Part shown: piece by piece, positions 9,529 through 18,272 of the stretch
How positions within the stretch are numbered: the stretch's first letter is position 1
Layout of the letters: each line of letters starts with the position of its first letter
Translations under genes and position numbers: made by a program
DNA from: an uncultured Armatimonadetes bacterium
GTDB lineage: Bacteria > Armatimonadota > Hebobacteria > Hebobacterales > Hebobacteraceae
Length of the DNA: 64,000 bases
Reading direction: 5' to 3'
NCBI GenBank assembly: GCA_963716175.1
Contig: OY970296.1
Coordinates: forward strand, 960,001 to 1,024,000
Notes under the pieces: generated by a model
What the model was told of the DNA's origin: nothing
Database searches by the model: none
What the model saw: the letters and a program-made list of their open reading frames with translations, nothing else

Positions 9529-9831
9529 GTGATCCGCTGTGGCTGCGGCCATCGCGTAGTTCGCCGGGATGTGCTGCAGACCGGGCTTTACCTCAGCGTG
9601 CTAGGGCCCAACTACGTCTACGTGCGTTTCCGCTGCGGCCGCTGCAAGCGTATCGGCGAGCAACTGGTGCAGGAGCGCGATTGGGATCCGTCGGTGCTAC
9701 GTGAGTCTGGGATCCAACCCGCTCCGCCCGACCTGCAGCGCTTCGACCAGCTCGGTGAGATCACCCCGGAGGAAGTGATCGCATTCCACTACGCGCTGGA
9801 GCATCTCGGCGCCGAGCCGGAGGAAGCGTAG
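9529..9831 (+). CDS. Hypothetical zinc-ribbon protein
   Basis: CxC (CGC) and CxxC (CGRC) pair; co-oriented after purM; start codon uncertain. Confidence 0.7.
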   Translation: MIRCGCGHRVVRRDVLQTGLYLSVLGPNYVYVRFRCGRCKRIGEQLVQERDWDPSVLRESGIQPAPPDLQRFDQLGEITPEEVIAFHYALEHLGAEPEEA

Positions 9832-9890
9832 GCCAGGTCCGCCTTGGCCGCCGACCGGGTGGCGGCGACCCGTCTCTTGCCACATCACTG

Positions 9891-10020
9891 TAGAGCGCAT
9901 TCCATAACCTACCTGCTGGCTGGCCGCACCACGCCCTCGCGTGAAATGCGCCGGCCACGGCCTGACGTTGTGCAGTGCTGTTTCATAACCTCCCCTGGGA
10001 AGGTTATGAAACAGCTTCTA
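9891..10020. mobile_element. 130-bp MITE, family 1, copy A
   Basis: Highly similar copy at 30380-30509; imperfect terminal IRs tagagcgcattccataacct / aggttatgaaacagcttcta. Confidence 0.85.
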
Positions 10021-10121
10021 ATGATGTTCGCACAACGAAGTAATGTGCGAACATCGCCCTGTGCCCATCGGGGCCGCTTCCTGAGCTTCGCGGTGTTACT
10101 TCATCCGGCGAAGCTCTTTAG
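10018..10121. mobile_element. 104-bp two-hairpin MITE-like element, family 2, copy A
   Basis: Ungapped match (78/104 by hand count) to 45921-46024; CTA...TAG ends; two hairpins. Confidence 0.75.
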
Positions 10122-10157
10122 GCAGGGGCTTCCCCCTGCCCGACGAACCTGACGACC

Positions 10158-11033
10158 ATGCTCTGGCAGCGCGTGCTGACGGCGGTGGTGGGGATCCCGA
10201 TCCTGCTCGCGCTGATCTACCTGGGCGGCTGGTATCTGGGCGCGGCGATCCTGCTGCTTTCCCTACTCGGTCTTCGGGAGTTCTTCCGTCTTGCCGACGC
10301 GACGGGCTTCCGTCCGGGCCGATGGATCGGGTACGCGGCGGGGGCGCTGCTGTTCCTGGCAACGATGGGGGCGACGCGCTACGCGGACTGGTGGGGATGG
10401 GGTGTGCCGCTGGAGGCAAGGCTGGCTTCCGACCTGCTCCTGGTGCTGCTCGCGGCTGTGACCGCGCTGCTGATAGAGCAGGTGGTCCTGTTCCGGCCCG
10501 GAGCCATGGCGAACGCGGGCCTGACTCTGCTGGGGGTGATCTACCTGCCGCTGATGCTCAGCTACCTGGTGCGGCTCCGCACTTTCTGGCCGGAGCTGAT
10601 GCGGCTGGACCGCACCCATTTCCTGGTGCCGGCGGGCGCCTGCTGGCTGGTGCTGGTGGTCTTCACCTGCTGGGCCGAGGACACGGCAGCCTACGCCGTC
10701 GGGAAGACGGTAGGCCGGCACAAGCTGTGCCCGGCGATCAGCCCCGGAAAGACCATCGAGGGATCGGCCGCCGGATTCCTGGCCGCGGTGCTGGTGGCGG
10801 CCGCATTGGGGTACTGGTTCGGGCTCCCGGTCCTGCACGGCGCAGTGCTGGGCGCGCTGCTCGGGGTAGTCGCCCAGTTGGGGGATCTCTCGAAATCCGT
10901 CATGAAGCGGCAAGCCGGTGTGAAGGACTCCGGCGCCATCCTCCCGGGTCATGGGGGGGTACTCGATCGGTTCGACAGCCTGCTGTTCAGCGCGCCGGTA
11001 GCCTTCTACTACCTGTCCTGGCTCATTCGGTAG
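10158..11033 (+). CDS. cdsA: Phosphatidate cytidylyltransferase
   Basis: DTAAYAVG...HKLCPAISPGKTIEG, GDLSKSVMKRQAGVKDSG.ILPGHGGVLDRFDS. Confidence 0.95.
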   Translation: MLWQRVLTAVVGIPILLALIYLGGWYLGAAILLLSLLGLREFFRLADATGFRPGRWIGYAAGALLFLATMGATRYADWWGWGVPLEARLASDLLLVLLAAVTALLIEQVVLFRPGAMANAGLTLLGVIYLPLMLSYLVRLRTFWPELMRLDRTHFLVPAGACWLVLVVFTCWAEDTAAYAVGKTVGRHKLCPAISPGKTIEGSAAGFLAAVLVAAALGYWFGLPVLHGAVLGALLGVVAQLGDLSKSVMKRQAGVKDSGAILPGHGGVLDRFDSLLFSAPVAFYYLSWLIR

Positions 11034-11046
11034 CCCAGACGCGGCC

Positions 11047-11778
11047 TCACCGCCCCAGGGCCAGCCGATCAATCAGGTACTGCGGCAGGCCCGCCAACTG
11101 CATCCTCGCCTGCACCGATTCGATGTCGTAGTCAACGCGGTGAATCTCGATGGTTCCGGCCTCGCTGTCGTAGGTGCCAAAGCTCGCCCTCGGGTTGTTG
11201 TCACGCGGCTGCCCCACGGCCCCGGGATTCACGATGTAGCGCAGCTCGGGCTCCTGCTCGATCTCCCCGCCCGACCAGAGGGAGAACCGCTCGCAGAGGC
11301 GGCTCTCTTTCCTGCTGCGGTAGTACTCGGCGATATGGGTGTGCCCCACGAAGCAGAGCGCCCCCTTGAATTCGGCGAAAACGGCCGCCGCGTCCTCCTC
11401 CGTGGTGATGTAGTCCATTGGCTCCGGCAGCGCTCCGTGCACCAGCACTGCCCCCGCCACCTCCCGCTTCAGTTCGAGCCCGGCGAGGTAGTCTCGATTC
11501 TCGGGCGAGAGCTGCCGGCTGGTCCACTCAATCGCCTGCCGGGCGAACGGGTTGAACCAGTTGAGGTCATACTTGTCAATGGCCGCCAGGTCATGGTTCC
11601 CGGCGATACAGGTGAGGCGAGGGAGTCCCCGCAGCCGCTCGACACAGGCCCCTGGATCGGGGCCATAGCCCACGATATCCCCCAGGCAGAGATAGGCCTC
11701 CACCCCGGCCAGTTCAGCTAGGACTGCCTCCAAGGCGTCAAGGTTCGCGTGGATGTCGGAGATTACACCGTAGGTCAT
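11047..11778 (-). CDS. Metallophosphoesterase family protein
   Basis: SDIHAN, LGDIVGYGP, GNHD, GHTH, NPGAVGQPRD. Confidence 0.93.
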   Translation of the reverse strand: MTYGVISDIHANLDALEAVLAELAGVEAYLCLGDIVGYGPDPGACVERLRGLPRLTCIAGNHDLAAIDKYDLNWFNPFARQAIEWTSRQLSPENRDYLAGLELKREVAGAVLVHGALPEPMDYITTEEDAAAVFAEFKGALCFVGHTHIAEYYRSRKESRLCERFSLWSGGEIEQEPELRYIVNPGAVGQPRDNNPRASFGTYDSEAGTIEIHRVDYDIESVQARMQLAGLPQYLIDRLALGR

Positions 11779-11804
11779 GGCACAGGGCGGACAGCGATGC
11801 CGGT

Positions 11805-11833
11805 ATTCTAGGGAGTGCACCGGGCCTTGTCAA
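11805..11833 (-). promoter_or_regulatory. Sigma70-type promoter
   Basis: TTGACA-17 nt-TAGAAT on the minus strand, upstream of 11778. Confidence 0.7.
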
Positions 11834-11902
11834 GCGACGGCGCGTCCTTCGCTCTCGGCGCACCTCGGCCGCCCGCTCCGCGCCACCATGGCCGGAGCGC
11901 GC

Positions 11903-13000
11903 TCAGGCCTCGCCCAATCGCGCCTTCGCCACCGCCACCAGCTCTGAGGCCGAGGTCGCGTCCTGTGGATAGGCCGCGACCGCACACTCCAGCCTGGTCG
12001 CGGAGTCGCCGTTCTGGAACCGCCGACAGACCTGTGCCGCTTCCCGGAGCGGCAAGCTGAAGATCAGGGCAAGCTCGCTCGGGCCCGCCCGGAACACGTG
12101 GTCTAACACCCGCACCAGCTGATAGATGCGCTTGGCCGCTTGCGAGAGCGCGGCCGGAGTAACCGGACCGGATTCGCCATCGGGCCGCACCACCGCCAAA
12201 CTGAGCGGCGCCCGCAGCGCCTGTGCGCGGCCAATCTCGCGGTGCAGGCTGCGCTCCAGATGCTCCGGGCCGAACAACCCGGTCTCGATATCCACCACCG
12301 AGGCCACCGCCACCCAGGGCCGCGGCCCCGCCGGCGCGATCAGCCGGTCCTCCTCCTTCTGGATGTCCACCAGCAGCGCGCGAATCCGCTCTAACGCCCG
12401 CCGCAGGATGCGAGAGATACGGCTGGTGCTACGCGCCACCACCCGCGCCACCTCCCGCTGCGTCAGGTCATCATAGAAGAAGTGCTTCACGATCTGCCGT
12501 TCCAGGGAAGGCAGACGGCTGATGAGGCTCTCTGCCACCACCCGGTCCACCACCTGAACCGTGAAGTCTTCGTCCCCATCCACCAGCGCCTCCAGCGAAT
12601 CCGGGCTGGTCAGCTCCTCCCCCTCTCGCCCGCCAGGCCCCGGCCGCCAGAGCTCGCCCTCATCTGCCCCGAGCTGCTCCCGGCGCGCCTGGCCCAACAA
12701 GCGCCTTCGTTCCCGCAGGTAGTTCTTGATCGTGCCTGAGACCACCGGATAGGCGTAGGTGGAGAACTGGACTCCGTAGTCGGGCTGAAAGCGTTCGATG
12801 GCGCGGATCAGACCCAGGCAGCCTTCCTGAATGAGATCATCGTGGAGATCGCGGGCCAGCGCCGCGTAGCGATTGGCGATGTGGTACACCAGGCCCATAT
12901 GCCTGAGCACCAGGCGGTTGCGCAGACCAACATCGCGGCTGCGGCGATACTCCCGCCACAACACCGCACTCTCTTGCTGCAGGATTGCTCCGGCTGCCAT
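11903..13000 (-). CDS. Group-3 (SigB/F/WhiG-like) sigma-70 factor fused to a C-terminal degenerate GGDEF domain
   Basis: Region 2: DDLIQEGCLGLIRAIERFQPDYGVQFSTYA. Region 4: LTQREVARVVARSTSRISRILRRAL. C-terminus: DIETGLF...REIGRAQ..RAPLSLAVV...RVLDHVFRAGPSEL...AVAAYPQDA. Confidence 0.85.
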   Translation of the reverse strand: MAAGAILQQESAVLWREYRRSRDVGLRNRLVLRHMGLVYHIANRYAALARDLHDDLIQEGCLGLIRAIERFQPDYGVQFSTYAYPVVSGTIKNYLRERRRLLGQARREQLGADEGELWRPGPGGREGEELTSPDSLEALVDGDEDFTVQVVDRVVAESLISRLPSLERQIVKHFFYDDLTQREVARVVARSTSRISRILRRALERIRALLVDIQKEEDRLIAPAGPRPWVAVASVVDIETGLFGPEHLERSLHREIGRAQALRAPLSLAVVRPDGESGPVTPAALSQAAKRIYQLVRVLDHVFRAGPSELALIFSLPLREAAQVCRRFQNGDSATRLECAVAAYPQDATSASELVAVAKARLGEA

Positions 13001-13187
13001 GGCCCCTGGGCCGGCGATGCGCCGCGGACCAAGCCGCAGCCGCATCGGCGCTCCCAGGGGTTATTCCATAACAGCGCCAGGGGCGGGAGCTTGTCTCGTG
13101 CCACGCTGTGCAGCGGAACCGCACCCTCCCAAAGCACGGAGGAGGGTTTCCCTCCCCCCTCAATATACCAGACCTGTCGCCATCCGC

Positions 13188-13757
13188 TTATGCGTAGCGT
13201 TCTTCTCGCCACGGGTCGGCGCTGTCGCTATACCCCCGCGCCTCCCAATACCCCACTTCCTTCTGATAGGTGAACCGTATCCACCGCACCCACTTCGCGC
13301 TCTTGTAGGCGTACTTCTGCGGCACGACCAGCCGCAGCGGGAAGCCGTGCGCTGGGGTCAACTCCTTGCCATCGAGGCCCCAGGCCAGCAGCACATCTCC
13401 CTCCAGCAGCTCTCCCAGAGACAGGCTGCTGGTATAGCCTGCCTCGCAGCCGATGGTGACGAAGTGCGCCCGTTCCGTGGGAGAGACCAGATCGCAGATT
13501 TCGGAGAAGCGCACTCCCTCCCAGGCGCAGTCGAGCCGGCTCCACCCAGTGACGCAGTGGAAATCGGAGGTGTCAATCACCGCCGGCAGCGCGCGCACCT
13601 CCTGGTAGCTGAGGCGGCGCGGCGCCCGCACCTCGCCCTCTATGCGCAGATCCCAGGTGGACGCATCAAAGCGCGGCACCGGCCCCACGTGCAGTACCGG
13701 CAAAGAGTCAACCGCATGTTGCCCCGGAGGGACTCTTGGCTTCTCTTCCCTTGTCAT
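13188..13757 (-). CDS. Sulfite-oxidase-like molybdopterin oxidoreductase (YuiH type)
   Basis: RVPPGQ, DFHCVTGWS, WEGV, HGFPLRLVVP.KYAYKSAKW, GYWEARGY. Confidence 0.9.
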   Translation of the reverse strand: MTREEKPRVPPGQHAVDSLPVLHVGPVPRFDASTWDLRIEGEVRAPRRLSYQEVRALPAVIDTSDFHCVTGWSRLDCAWEGVRFSEICDLVSPTERAHFVTIGCEAGYTSSLSLGELLEGDVLLAWGLDGKELTPAHGFPLRLVVPQKYAYKSAKWVRWIRFTYQKEVGYWEARGYSDSADPWREERYA

Positions 13758-13783
13758 ATCTCTCCACGCCCTCTGGCCTTCGT

Positions 13784-13814
13784 GTAGGGCGGGCATGTCT
13801 CTGCATGCCCGCCG
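13784..13814 (+). repeat. GTAG-type REP copy 4
   Basis: gtagggcgggcatgtctctgcatgcccgccg. Confidence 0.9.
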
Positions 13815-15092
13815 CTAGCTTTGGGCAATCGGATACCTCCCGCACTCCCGCGCCGACTCGAACATCGCCAGCACGTTCTCCACGGGCGTCATTGCCTGGA
13901 TGTTGTGGATGGAGTTGAACACATAGCCGCCGCCCGGCGCCAAGCTTCGCACGCGCTCACCCACCTCCCGCCTCACCTCCTCCGGCGTCCCGAAGGGCAG
14001 CGTCCGCTGCGTATCCACACCTCCGCCCCAGAACACCAACCGGTCCCCGAACTCCTGCTTCAGCCGCGCCGGGTCCATATTGGCGGCCGAGCACTGCACC
14101 GGATTCAGGATGTCCACCCCGGCCTCGATGAAGCTCGGGATGAGGTGGTAGACGGATCCGCAGCAGTGGTAGAACGTCTTCCAGGTGGTGTGCTCGTGTA
14201 CCCAATCGTTCATCCGCCTGTGAAACGGCAAGTACAGCTCCCGGTAGAGATCGGGCGAGATGAACTCTCCGCGCTGCGTGCCGAAATCCGTGCCCGAGAT
14301 GAAGATGGCGACGATGTGGCTCCCCACTGCTTGCCGGTACAGCCCCAGATCCTCGATCGCCTGCTCGGTCTGCCGGGCGAAGATCCCCTTGATGTACTCA
14401 GGATGGGTGAGATGCGCCACCATCCAGTCATCGAAGTTCCGGATTCCCTTGGGCGCCTCCAGTTCCGGCGCCAGCACTCTTGGCAGATCACCCAGCCCAC
14501 CTCCCCCGAACCCTCCGAGAATGGCGAAGTCGGTGTTCCGGTATAGCTCGTCGGCGGTGGCGCGCAGGTGCTCCAGCGCGGCCTCGCCGAGGGGCGTGAA
14601 CTGCTCCGCGAAGTCAGCCGGATGGAGGCGCTCCCAGTCCAGAGGCTGCTGGCGCACAATGATGTCGAAGTAGTGGCCATCCTTGGGCATGCGCCCGCTC
14701 GGCCTCTTGCCGGTGTCACCACCGGGCGAGAGGAGGAGGTCGCCATTCTCATCCACCCGATAGTGGAACTGCCCGGGCACCAACACCTCGGTGCCATCGA
14801 AGGCGCGCCACGGCTTCCAGTCCTGATTGGCAATGCCGAAGGAGCGCACCAGGGGGATCAGGCCCACGACATCACATCCCAGCCGCTCTAGCACCGGGAT
14901 CTCCACCTCGGCCAGCATCTGCAGCAGATCGCTGACCTTGGGCGGATTGCCGCTGATCCCGAGCCTGCTCCTGAGCTTGGCGTAGGTGGTGGCCATGATC
15001 CCGGTCACCACGCTGCTGCCCAGGTCAACTGGCACCCGGTCGGCTTCCTCATGATTGAGCGCCCGGACCACTCGCTCTCTGGAGGTCATCAT
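13815..15092 (-). CDS. Uroporphyrinogen-decarboxylase-family protein (methyltransferase-like)
   Basis: MTSRERV..ALNHEEADRVPVDLG, TDFGTQ, HCCG, LNPVQ, FWGGGVDTQ, GGYVFNSIHNIQ. Confidence 0.88.
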   Translation of the reverse strand: MMTSRERVVRALNHEEADRVPVDLGSSVVTGIMATTYAKLRSRLGISGNPPKVSDLLQMLAEVEIPVLERLGCDVVGLIPLVRSFGIANQDWKPWRAFDGTEVLVPGQFHYRVDENGDLLLSPGGDTGKRPSGRMPKDGHYFDIIVRQQPLDWERLHPADFAEQFTPLGEAALEHLRATADELYRNTDFAILGGFGGGGLGDLPRVLAPELEAPKGIRNFDDWMVAHLTHPEYIKGIFARQTEQAIEDLGLYRQAVGSHIVAIFISGTDFGTQRGEFISPDLYRELYLPFHRRMNDWVHEHTTWKTFYHCCGSVYHLIPSFIEAGVDILNPVQCSAANMDPARLKQEFGDRLVFWGGGVDTQRTLPFGTPEEVRREVGERVRSLAPGGGYVFNSIHNIQAMTPVENVLAMFESARECGRYPIAQS

Positions 15093-15104
15093 CTCTCCTC
15101 GCCG

Positions 15105-16757
15105 CTACGGAGGCGCGCCGCCCCACGCCTTCTCCGCCCACACCTCCATCGCTCGGTACTTGCCCTGCCAGGTGGTGTACATCGCGCCTGCGATTCCGGG
15201 AACCCCCTCCGCACCCTTCACCCAGGCCGCGATCTCAGAGCCATCCTCGTCGGCATCGTAGTAGCCGGCCAGCACCTGCTTCTCCCCGCGGTCGGCGAAG
15301 AACCTGGCATTCTTGCCTCTCAGCTCATGATACCAGTTGACGATCCCGATCCCTGGGTCCAGCTCCTCCCAGGAGCCCTTCAGGCTCCCGTTGACGAGGT
15401 AGTAGTGGTCCACCGCGTTATGCATGGGGTCGAACATATCGTTCCAGACCCAGATCTCGGCATCGGGCCTGATCTCGCGGATGATCTGCGCCGCCCGCCG
15501 TACATTATCGGCCAGCAGTTGCCCCGGCGTCAGGTGGCGGCTCTGGCAGGCCTGGCACCAGTTGACTACCCGCAGCTCGTCATGCTGCATGAAGAAGGCC
15601 GGCGGATGGAACATATCGTTGGCCTGGTTCACCTCATCCCGCCACTCCTCGAAGATCTTCGGCTCGCTCAGGCAGCTCGTCAGCCGCTCGTCGTAGATGA
15701 TGACCGGATGATAGTAGCTCACCCGCAGCCTCTCCCCCTCCTGGATACGCGTGTTCGGCGTAAGCTGGATCACGGGCGGCTCATGGTAGGGCCGCCAGAT
15801 GTCCAGCTTCGGGTCGCGTATGGGCAGATAGTCCCGCCCCTCCTCGTAATCCACCCCGTTCTCGCCGCGCACCGAGACCGGGCAGCCCGCCCGGCGCAGC
15901 ACGTTCACCAGTCCGATCTCCGCCACGCAAAGATCGTCCCACCACAGCCGCCCGCTCTTCCCGCCCCAGATCCCGAAGTAGAGCGTAGCCTCCCGGTGCT
16001 CGAGGCTGTTGAACACGATGTCCTCGCGGGTCCAGTCCTGCGTGGGCTTCATCGGGAAAGTCTCGAAGCTGATCTCGCGGTCCGCGTCCAGGACGAGCAC
16101 CTTGACCTCGGACCTCGCCAGGTCCACGTTCTCTGTCTTCAGCCACACCGAGATATGGTACTGGCGGAAAGGCTGAAGCTGGATGTGCTGCGACAGGCGG
16201 CAGTTGCCGGCCTCATTGCCCTCCGGCATGTTCTCCATCCGCACCGCGGTCTTCCCTCCATGCACCACCTCGTGATCGGCGAAGGTACTCTTGCCAGGGC
16301 CGTCCTGAAACTGCCAGCCCTGGAAGCGATCGCCGATAGCGCGCTCGAAATCCCCGCCCCGCAGCTCCGTGGGGTTGTCCGGCTGGAACGTCGCTGTGCC
16401 ATCGCGGGCCACAAACAGCGCCTCCTTCACCGGCACTCCCTCGGTATAGTTCTGGTCGTGGGCATTGCCCATGACCTTGGGAATAAGGTCCAATCCATAG
16501 AGCTTCGCCGCCTGCTTCAGCGCCTCCACTCTGCCGGGCGCGACATCGTAGGGGATGACGCAGGCATTGTAGCCCGCGGCTTGCGCCCGCGGGAAGAGCG
16601 CGATGACGCGGTCCACCTGCTGTGGCTCGCTCAGATCCTCAGAGACGAACAGCCAGCGGTGAGTGAGCTTCTGCTGGGCAGCATCAGCCCGGCCCAGCAT
16701 CAGCGCTCCTACCATCAAAGCGATCCCTGACCAGCTCAGCCACAGCCACCTTCCCAT
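15105..16757 (-). CDS. Secreted hypothetical protein; glycoside-hydrolase-like barrel with inserted carbohydrate-binding module
   Basis: Signal peptide; GGDFE-starting CBM-like segment; HDE and WNDMFDP motifs. Confidence 0.55.
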   Translation of the reverse strand: MGRWLWLSWSGIALMVGALMLGRADAAQQKLTHRWLFVSEDLSEPQQVDRVIALFPRAQAAGYNACVIPYDVAPGRVEALKQAAKLYGLDLIPKVMGNAHDQNYTEGVPVKEALFVARDGTATFQPDNPTELRGGDFERAIGDRFQGWQFQDGPGKSTFADHEVVHGGKTAVRMENMPEGNEAGNCRLSQHIQLQPFRQYHISVWLKTENVDLARSEVKVLVLDADREISFETFPMKPTQDWTREDIVFNSLEHREATLYFGIWGGKSGRLWWDDLCVAEIGLVNVLRRAGCPVSVRGENGVDYEEGRDYLPIRDPKLDIWRPYHEPPVIQLTPNTRIQEGERLRVSYYHPVIIYDERLTSCLSEPKIFEEWRDEVNQANDMFHPPAFFMQHDELRVVNWCQACQSRHLTPGQLLADNVRRAAQIIREIRPDAEIWVWNDMFDPMHNAVDHYYLVNGSLKGSWEELDPGIGIVNWYHELRGKNARFFADRGEKQVLAGYYDADEDGSEIAAWVKGAEGVPGIAGAMYTTWQGKYRAMEVWAEKAWGGAPP

Positions 16758-16803
16758 CTGCCTCCTCCTCTTCTCTGCGCCCTCTGGGGTGTTGCGTCGT
16801 TCG

Positions 16804-17790
16804 TCAGACCCTGCACGGCCGTCCCGTCTCCGCCGCCTCCCGCGCTCGCAGCGCCACCTCCGTGATCCGCACACAGTCACCAAACGCGATGAATGGCTCT
16901 CGGTTGGTGCGCAGCGCCTCAAGGTAGTCGGGGAAGAAGTCAACCGGGGCCGGCAGAGGAAGCTCGTGTGGCCCCTGTTGGCTGGAGATGAGAGTCACCC
17001 CTCCGGCCATCGCTTCCACCACCCCTCGCTTGCCGGCAATGCGCAGCCGGTCGTCGCCATGCGTCGGCGCAGCCGCCGGCCGGCAGTAGTCCAGCCGGAT
17101 GGCCGCCGAGGCGCCATTGTCCAGACGCGCGACCACGCAGGCATTGTCCTCCAGATCGCCCATCTCCGGATGCCCGACGTTCGAGGCGTAGGCCATCACC
17201 TCGGTAAACTCGCGGCCAGTCGCCCAGCGGATCAGGTCCAGGGAGTGAATGCCGATGAAGGGGATGATGCCGCTGAAGGTCTCCCGGCTTTTCTGCCAGG
17301 CCGGCCGCTCCCCCAGGCGGTAGGACTTCTGCGCGCCGGCCTGGGTCACTTCCCCGATAGCACCATTCGCCACGGCCTGGCGCAGAGCCAGATAGGGCGG
17401 CTCGCACCGCATGGTCAGCAGCATGGTGAGCTTGACCCCGGCCTTCACCACCGCTGCTCGCACTCGCTCCAGGCCTGCCAAGTCTGTGGCCAGAGGCTTC
17501 TCGGCGATGAGATGTATGCCCCGCTCGGCGCATGCGACCAGGATCTCGGCGCGGTCGCGGTCCGTGCCTGCCTCCAGCACGATGTCCGGCTCATGGTTGG
17601 CCAGCAGCTCGCGGTGATCCAGGTAGGCCCGCGTGTCGGGCCTCGCCCCGGGGAGGGCCGGCACTTCCTTCAGCGCCTCCGGGTCGTCATCGGCGACCGC
17701 CACCAGCTCGACCTCAGGCAGCCCGGGCAGCGCCTCCAGCACTATGTACTGATGGCCTTTCAGCCCAATCAGAGCGAGCGCGATGGACAT
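16804..17790 (-). CDS. Gfo/Idh/MocA family oxidoreductase
   Basis: Rossmann-fold start, EKPLA, GAIGEV, IHSLDL, EDNA. Confidence 0.9.
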   Translation of the reverse strand: MSIALALIGLKGHQYIVLEALPGLPEVELVAVADDDPEALKEVPALPGARPDTRAYLDHRELLANHEPDIVLEAGTDRDRAEILVACAERGIHLIAEKPLATDLAGLERVRAAVVKAGVKLTMLLTMRCEPPYLALRQAVANGAIGEVTQAGAQKSYRLGERPAWQKSRETFSGIIPFIGIHSLDLIRWATGREFTEVMAYASNVGHPEMGDLEDNACVVARLDNGASAAIRLDYCRPAAAPTHGDDRLRIAGKRGVVEAMAGGVTLISSQQGPHELPLPAPVDFFPDYLEALRTNREPFIAFGDCVRITEVALRAREAAETGRPCRV

Positions 17791-17792
17791 AC

Positions 17793-18149
17793 TCACCTCC
17801 CCTCGGCCGCTGCCCGCTTGGCGGGCCTGCCCCCCGTAGCTCTGGCGAAGGGGGGCGGCTCCACCTGCACCTGGGTCCGGCGCGGCCGCGCTGGCATCGG
17901 CTTCACGATCTCGACTAGCGCCGCCTCGATCCGGCGCATCGGCTCGGGCAGTGGTATGCACTCCAGCACGATGCGCAACCCGTTCTCGTCGCTGCGCGAG
18001 TCGAAGTGAATGCCGAACACGATCCTCTGCTCCTCCAACACCCGGCCCATCTTGTCCTCAACCTCACGCGCGTAGTGGGCCGGCAGGTAGACGCAGTCGG
18101 TGACGAAATGGGTATGAATCCACACCACCTCGCGCCGCAGGATTCTCAC
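17793..18149 (-). CDS. Hypothetical protein; C-terminal tail encoded by palindromic micro-elements
   Basis: AGGAGG RBS before GTG; stop codon abuts the next gene's start. Confidence 0.65.
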   Translation of the reverse strand: MRILRREVVWIHTHFVTDCVYLPAHYAREVEDKMGRVLEEQRIVFGIHFDSRSDENGLRIVLECIPLPEPMRRIEAALVEIVKPMPARPRRTQVQVEPPPFARATGGRPAKRAAAEGR

Positions 18150-18272
18150 ACCAGCCTCCTCACGCGGTGGCCTTCCTCTCTCCCCATTGCTCCACCTTCC
18201 AAGGAAGGCGCTAGCTGACCACGGGTGGAAGCCAAGAGGTTGCCGAAAGTAACGCCATGATGGAGCTGAGGT

